Shown: positions 59,498 to 64,000 of the stretch, piece after piece
Position numbering within the stretch: position 1 is the stretch's first letter
How the letters are laid out: the number at the start of each line of letters is the position of its first letter
Source: Candidatus Bathyarchaeota archaeon
GTDB taxonomy: Archaea; Thermoproteota; Bathyarchaeia; Bathyarchaeales; Bathycorpusculaceae
Direction of reading: 5' to 3'
DNA: 64,000 nucleotides
Assembly: GCA_963715865.1 (NCBI GenBank)
Contig: OY970280.1
Coordinates: 2,272,001-2,336,000 of the forward strand
The notes under the pieces: model-generated
Databases searched by the model: none
Seen by the model: only the letters and a program-made list of their open reading frames with translations
What the model was told of the DNA's origin: nothing
Made by a program: the position numbers and the translations under genes

Positions 59498-62134
59498 ATG
59501 GCAATTCTCAAAAAAATTTTAGTCATAGTTATTTTGGCTCTATTGCTTGTTTCATCAGTTTTTGCTTCTATTTCAACCTTTCAGGCAAATGCAAGTGCTC
59601 AGGTAAACGCTAATGCAACCTCCACTAATAGCAATTTAAATCAGTATGAGTGGACGGAATTTCAAGGCGATTCTTCTTTTACACGGTTCTCAGCAGGACC
59701 AGCCCCTGACACATCAAACATACTTTGGAAAGCTAACATAACGGGAATACAACCGTATATTACAGCCTTTGATGGAATGATTTTCGTCGGCACGAATACT
59801 TCTATCGTTGCAGTTAACCAAACAGGGAAGATAGTTTGGAACACAGAAATTCCAATGAATAAAACTTGGCCAGTAGCCTACAAAATCGACGATTCGCATC
59901 TTGTTGTTGAAGGCAGCTGTCTTGATACAAAAACTGGAAATATATTATGGACTAGCTCATCGTTCTGCGCTGACACTGGCATTTTTAACGCCAACGTTTA
60001 CAGTCCAGAAGAAAAAATGTTCTATGTAAAGGTCAATTCCTATATTGAAGCCTGGGACTTTTCTAACCCCTCAACTCCACCAACAATGGCTTGGAAAACC
60101 TATATTCCAGGTGGTGGCATAACCGGCATAGGAACAGCATACGGAGACGGCCTAGTTTTCACAGGTTCTTTTGAAAATCAGCAATTAGCACTCAATGCCA
60201 CGACAGGCAAAATCGTATGGACTGCGCTCACTAAGGGACCTATGATCTTCAATGGTGCCTATTCTGATGGCAGATACTTTATCGGAGGAACAGACGATAA
60301 TACACTGTATTGTTTCAATGCAACCAACGGCAACATTCTCTGGACATACACGCCGGGCACCAACGGATACTTCACCACAGGCTGCGCAGTAGCGTATGGA
60401 ATGGTTTATGAAATGAACAAAGACGGGTATCTTTACGCCATCGACATAGCAACTGGCAATGTGGTATGGAAATACAAAGGGCCAGATGAAACGCTTATCT
60501 GGCCGGGAATGCCCACGGTTGCAGATGGCAAAATCTATGTAACAACAGGTGAACTAGCCCAATATGTCACAGATTACAAAACATATTCCGAATATGCATG
60601 TTTAAACGCTTACACTGGGCAAACCATTTGGACTCTGCCTATAGAAGCATTACCTCCACGAGAGTCTGCTATTGTTGCGTATGGCAATTTATACATCATT
60701 CCGGGCAGCGTGACAACTGCAGTTGATACAACGTCAGGAACAGAATACTCCACGGACAGCCAACTGTGGGCGATAGGGACCATCTCTACGCCAATACCAA
60801 CGCCTTCACCTACTCCAACTCCAACAGTTACACCTACTCCAACGCCAACACCTACTCCAGTACCTACACCAACGCGGATTCTAACTCCAATTACTGTTAG
60901 TAATTGGTCTATGTGGCGGGCTGATCCAACGCACTCCTCTACTGCTCAAGAAGGCCCTTCAAACCTTACTTTGGCTTGGAAATTCACAACTAACGGATCA
61001 GTTATCTCTTCACCAAGTGTTGTAAACGGAATAGTTTATGTTGGTTCACAGGACAAAAACATCTACGCTATTGGAGCATCGAGCGGTAATCGTATCTGGA
61101 ACTTTACCACTAACGGTGCAATTATATCTTCACCTGCAGTTGCAAACGGCAATGTTTACGTAGGAAGCGAGGATGGATACGTTTATTGTCTTAGCGCTCA
61201 CAACGGTGCCTTCATCTGGCAAACATTCGTCAATAGCGACCTGCCTTTCACGTTTGGGGACTTAGTGCTTAAATCTTCACCAGTAGTATCCAGAGGCATA
61301 GTCTACATAGGGTCCTTAGACGGCTACCTCTACGCCCTTAACGCAAACAACGGCGACATAGTCTGGAGGACCCAAACAGACGGACCAATTGAATCTTCTC
61401 CAGCGGTTGCCGACGGCGCTGTTTACTTCACTTCCCAAGAGCCAACGGCAGGCGCTCTCTACAAACTAGACGCCAACAATGGGGCGGTAATTTGGAAACT
61501 ACCCCTTCCCTATCAATATTCATTCGTGGGCGGCACAGAGCTGCTTGGTTCTCCATCAGTCGCAGCAGGCATGGTCTTTGCATCCTCCAATTGGGGCGCT
61601 TATTACGCTGTAAATGTTACGACAGGCGTTGTTGTATGGAAATTCATTGATACAGACGCCATTGAGTTCATAGTTTCTTCCCCAATTTATGTTAACGGTG
61701 ACCTTTTCATCATCGACAAATTCAACATAGCGTGCCTTAACGCAATGACTGGTCACACCCTTTGGAGTACCTTCACAGGAGACGAGTTATACGTTTCACC
61801 CTCTTACGCTGACGGCAAAATCTACGTTGCAACTAGTCAACGTGACATATTCATTCTTGATACTTTGAATAACGGTACAAAAATCGCAACTGCCACCACG
61901 CTTTCCAGCACTTGGTCATCACCAACCATAGCCAACGGACGATTATACATAGGATGTAACGACTGGAACGTTTACTGCTTCTCCAATTACGTTACTAACG
62001 AAGCATCTTCAACTCCATCAAATAATGGCACATCAGGAACAATCTTGCTGGCAGTGATCGCCACTATAGCTGCGGTTGTGATCATTGCAACTGCCGCCCT
62101 TGGCTATGTGATCAGGAAACGAGCCAAAAAATAG
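59498..62134 (+). CDS. Secreted protein with two PQQ-like propeller domains joined by a Pro/Thr linker, TM anchor
   Basis: Signal peptide, WTEFQGD and WSMWRAD domain starts, SSP..VYVGS repeats, C-terminal TM. Confidence 0.85.
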   Translation: MAILKKILVIVILALLLVSSVFASISTFQANASAQVNANATSTNSNLNQYEWTEFQGDSSFTRFSAGPAPDTSNILWKANITGIQPYITAFDGMIFVGTNTSIVAVNQTGKIVWNTEIPMNKTWPVAYKIDDSHLVVEGSCLDTKTGNILWTSSSFCADTGIFNANVYSPEEKMFYVKVNSYIEAWDFSNPSTPPTMAWKTYIPGGGITGIGTAYGDGLVFTGSFENQQLALNATTGKIVWTALTKGPMIFNGAYSDGRYFIGGTDDNTLYCFNATNGNILWTYTPGTNGYFTTGCAVAYGMVYEMNKDGYLYAIDIATGNVVWKYKGPDETLIWPGMPTVADGKIYVTTGELAQYVTDYKTYSEYACLNAYTGQTIWTLPIEALPPRESAIVAYGNLYIIPGSVTTAVDTTSGTEYSTDSQLWAIGTISTPIPTPSPTPTPTVTPTPTPTPTPVPTPTRILTPITVSNWSMWRADPTHSSTAQEGPSNLTLAWKFTTNGSVISSPSVVNGIVYVGSQDKNIYAIGASSGNRIWNFTTNGAIISSPAVANGNVYVGSEDGYVYCLSAHNGAFIWQTFVNSDLPFTFGDLVLKSSPVVSRGIVYIGSLDGYLYALNANNGDIVWRTQTDGPIESSPAVADGAVYFTSQEPTAGALYKLDANNGAVIWKLPLPYQYSFVGGTELLGSPSVAAGMVFASSNWGAYYAVNVTTGVVVWKFIDTDAIEFIVSSPIYVNGDLFIIDKFNIACLNAMTGHTLWSTFTGDELYVSPSYADGKIYVATSQRDIFILDTLNNGTKIATATTLSSTWSSPTIANGRLYIGCNDWNVYCFSNYVTNEASSTPSNNGTSGTILLAVIATIAAVVIIATAALGYVIRKRAKK
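60788..60874 (+). repeat. Degenerate (Pro-Thr)n coding repeat
   Basis: Encodes TPIPTPSPTPTPTVTPTPTPTPTPVPTPT. Confidence 0.9.
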
Positions 62135-62237
62135 ATGCATGCTTTTGCAAGCAATTTGTCAGCTTTCCTTAAGCTGTGAATTTACTCATTAACAGGATAA
62201 TATAGGTGTTTAAAGTGTTTTAACGTCACTATTGATC

Positions 62238-63707
62238 TTAATCTTGTTGGTCTTTGCTTGGAGTACTATGTCCACCCGGGCTCTTCTTTGTATGTCTCAC
62301 TTTACCTAATTGCCTAAAAGCCCATCTTGAAAACCTATACTTCCAAACAAGATGGTTTAGTGCCATGCGCGCCATGATTTGGCTATGAAAGTCTCCTCTG
62401 AGTTTCTTTCTCAGATAGTACGTTGGGGTAAAGAAGCTGTCGTACACCGCTTTTTTTGCTTCCTCTAGCTTTTCAAGCGGCAATAGGGTGTTTTTGAAAA
62501 CTTGCGTTTGCTCATGATACTGGTTCCAGTCCTCGGTCATTTTTAAGCCTAACTGTTTGACGTAATTGTAGAGTTCGGTGCCAGGGTAAGGAACTGCTTC
62601 GCACATGTAAACGTAATCAGGCTTTGTTCTACGAATAAAGTCCGTTGTCTGTTGCAGCATTTCTGGCGTTTCGCCTGGGTAACCGATAACCAAAGAAATA
62701 GCAACCAGAATGTCACATTCTTTTGCTAATTTTATGGCATTAGCATTTTGCTCTACTGTTGTGCCTTTCCGCATAGTGTTTAGCATCTGTTGGCTGCCTG
62801 ACTCCACACCGAAGTGAATAAGCTGGCAGTTTGTGCTCCTGAGTTTAGTTAATAGTTCTTTAGATACTTTGTCGACTCTTGTTCGGCAGTCCCATGGCAT
62901 GTCAAATTTTCTAGCTTTCATTTCGTCGCAGATTGCTATTGCACGATTTAGGTCAAAAGTGAATGTATCATCATAGAAGGCGAAGGCTCCTGCCCCAAAA
63001 GTGTCCCTTAGCCACTCAAGCTCATCAACAACTTTGCTGGGGCTTCTCGCTCTGAAGCCTCTTCCACACATTTTAGATGCCAAGCAGAAGGCACAATTGA
63101 AGGGGCATCCTCTGCTGGTTATTATGGGCATGTAGGTTTTGCCAGAAATTTTGTATCTGGTTACATCAAAGTGCTTGTGAGCTGGACGAGGAAGTGAATC
63201 AATATCTTGAATGAAAGGTCTGTCAGGTGTGCGGAAAACTTTACCGTTCTTTCCAAAAGTTATGCCTGCAACTTCGCTGAGGCTCTTTAGATTGCCGTCC
63301 GATACTAGGCTCGCAAGCTCGAGCATCGTTTGTTCCCCTTCGCCTCGCACAACGATATCTACATCTGCGCTCTCAGTGAAGGTTCGCTCGTCCAAAACCG
63401 TAACGTGTGGACCGCCAATCATGGTTATGCAGTTTGGAAGCGCAGCTTTTGCAGCTTTCAAAATGTCAAGCGCAGGCAAGTAAGTTACAGTGGCGGATGT
63501 CACGCCAATGATATCGGGGTTAAGCCTTCTAAACTTGTCTTCAAGTTGTTTTTGGGTAGGTCTGGAAACCTGGCAATCAACCACATCCACCTCATACCCC
63601 TTTTCCTCAAGCACTGCTACCAAGTAGCTGATACCTAGAGGGATAAAGATAGCTTGCGGCACATCTTCTGGGTAAGGTGGATTTGCTAGTACTACGTGAG
63701 CTTTCAC
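62238..63707 (-). CDS. Cobalamin-binding radical SAM protein (paralogue 3)
   Basis: PLGISYL, GGPHVT, SRGCPFNCAFC, GVESG, PYPGT. Confidence 0.92.
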   Translation of the reverse strand: MKAHVVLANPPYPEDVPQAIFIPLGISYLVAVLEEKGYEVDVVDCQVSRPTQKQLEDKFRRLNPDIIGVTSATVTYLPALDILKAAKAALPNCITMIGGPHVTVLDERTFTESADVDIVVRGEGEQTMLELASLVSDGNLKSLSEVAGITFGKNGKVFRTPDRPFIQDIDSLPRPAHKHFDVTRYKISGKTYMPIITSRGCPFNCAFCLASKMCGRGFRARSPSKVVDELEWLRDTFGAGAFAFYDDTFTFDLNRAIAICDEMKARKFDMPWDCRTRVDKVSKELLTKLRSTNCQLIHFGVESGSQQMLNTMRKGTTVEQNANAIKLAKECDILVAISLVIGYPGETPEMLQQTTDFIRRTKPDYVYMCEAVPYPGTELYNYVKQLGLKMTEDWNQYHEQTQVFKNTLLPLEKLEEAKKAVYDSFFTPTYYLRKKLRGDFHSQIMARMALNHLVWKYRFSRWAFRQLGKVRHTKKSPGGHSTPSKDQQD

Positions 63708-63880
63708 GTTGTCTCCCCGACTTTTAATAATGGAAAACGGTTAAGCCAACTATTATGTGTTTTGCAGATAAGCTAAAAATCGCGTCCACTTCAAGGCGTA
63801 GGTGCGAGAACACAAGGGTTTTTATGCTTACGTTTAATAGCGTTTTGTCATTGATGATAACTTCAGGGTAAAGTGGCAAT

Positions 63881-64000
63881 TTGTCAGCAGATTTAGCTCT
63901 TATCAATGCAAACGTTAGAACCATGAACCCACGTCAGCCTGTCGCTCAAGCAGTCGCCATAAGAAAAAACAAAATCGTCAAAGTTGGAACAAACCAAGAG
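63881..64000 (+). CDS. N-terminus of an amidohydrolase-3 (YtcJ-like) protein, runs off the window; not in the track
   Basis: TTG at 63881: MSADLALINANVRTMNPRQPVAQAVAIRKNKIVKVGT. Confidence 0.75.
   Translation, partial: MSADLALINANVRTMNPRQPVAQAVAIRKNKIVKVGTNQE

Noticed and set aside
51134-62134. PQQ-dependent dehydrogenases with PqqE
   Set aside because: Only the generic propeller repeat is recognisable. I saw no dehydrogenase active-site motifs and no pqqABCD genes.

Overview
Archaeal chromosomal window, most likely Bathyarchaeia. This is inferred from the archaeal ACDS operon, a lone MtrH, a GPN GTPase, expanded secreted PQQ-like propeller proteins and frequent TTG/GTG starts. Left part (1-11 kb): cooC, then an inverted NuoEFG/HydABC-like flavo-FeS module with no catalytic subunit, bracketed by a duplicated cooC 3' end, then cdhABCDE. 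11-22.6 kb: a purine cluster (purF-purD and purMSLQ) with no purN/purT. A translationally coupled HAD hydrolase / Ftr-like formyltransferase / PfkB kinase trio sits directly after purD. This is the best candidate for an undescribed system: a possible H4MPT/methanofuran-type route for GAR formylation. 22.7-33 kb: two receiver proteins, tRNA-Gly(CCC) with an att-like islet carrying a TRAM gene, and housekeeping genes including a bacterial-type metK. 33-40 kb: a corrinoid/methyl-transfer neighbourhood (two CxCxxC barrel paralogues, ferredoxin, CbiZ, B12 radical SAM, MtrH plus corrinoid protein). 40-64 kb: two GT-C membrane proteins, an orphan RnfD-FeS fusion, and five further radical SAM genes, four of them alternating with three secreted beta-propeller genes. 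At least six genes carry single-base +1 insertions that look like sequence errors. No CRISPR, rRNA or transposase was seen. All family assignments come from motif recognition by eye, not from database searches.
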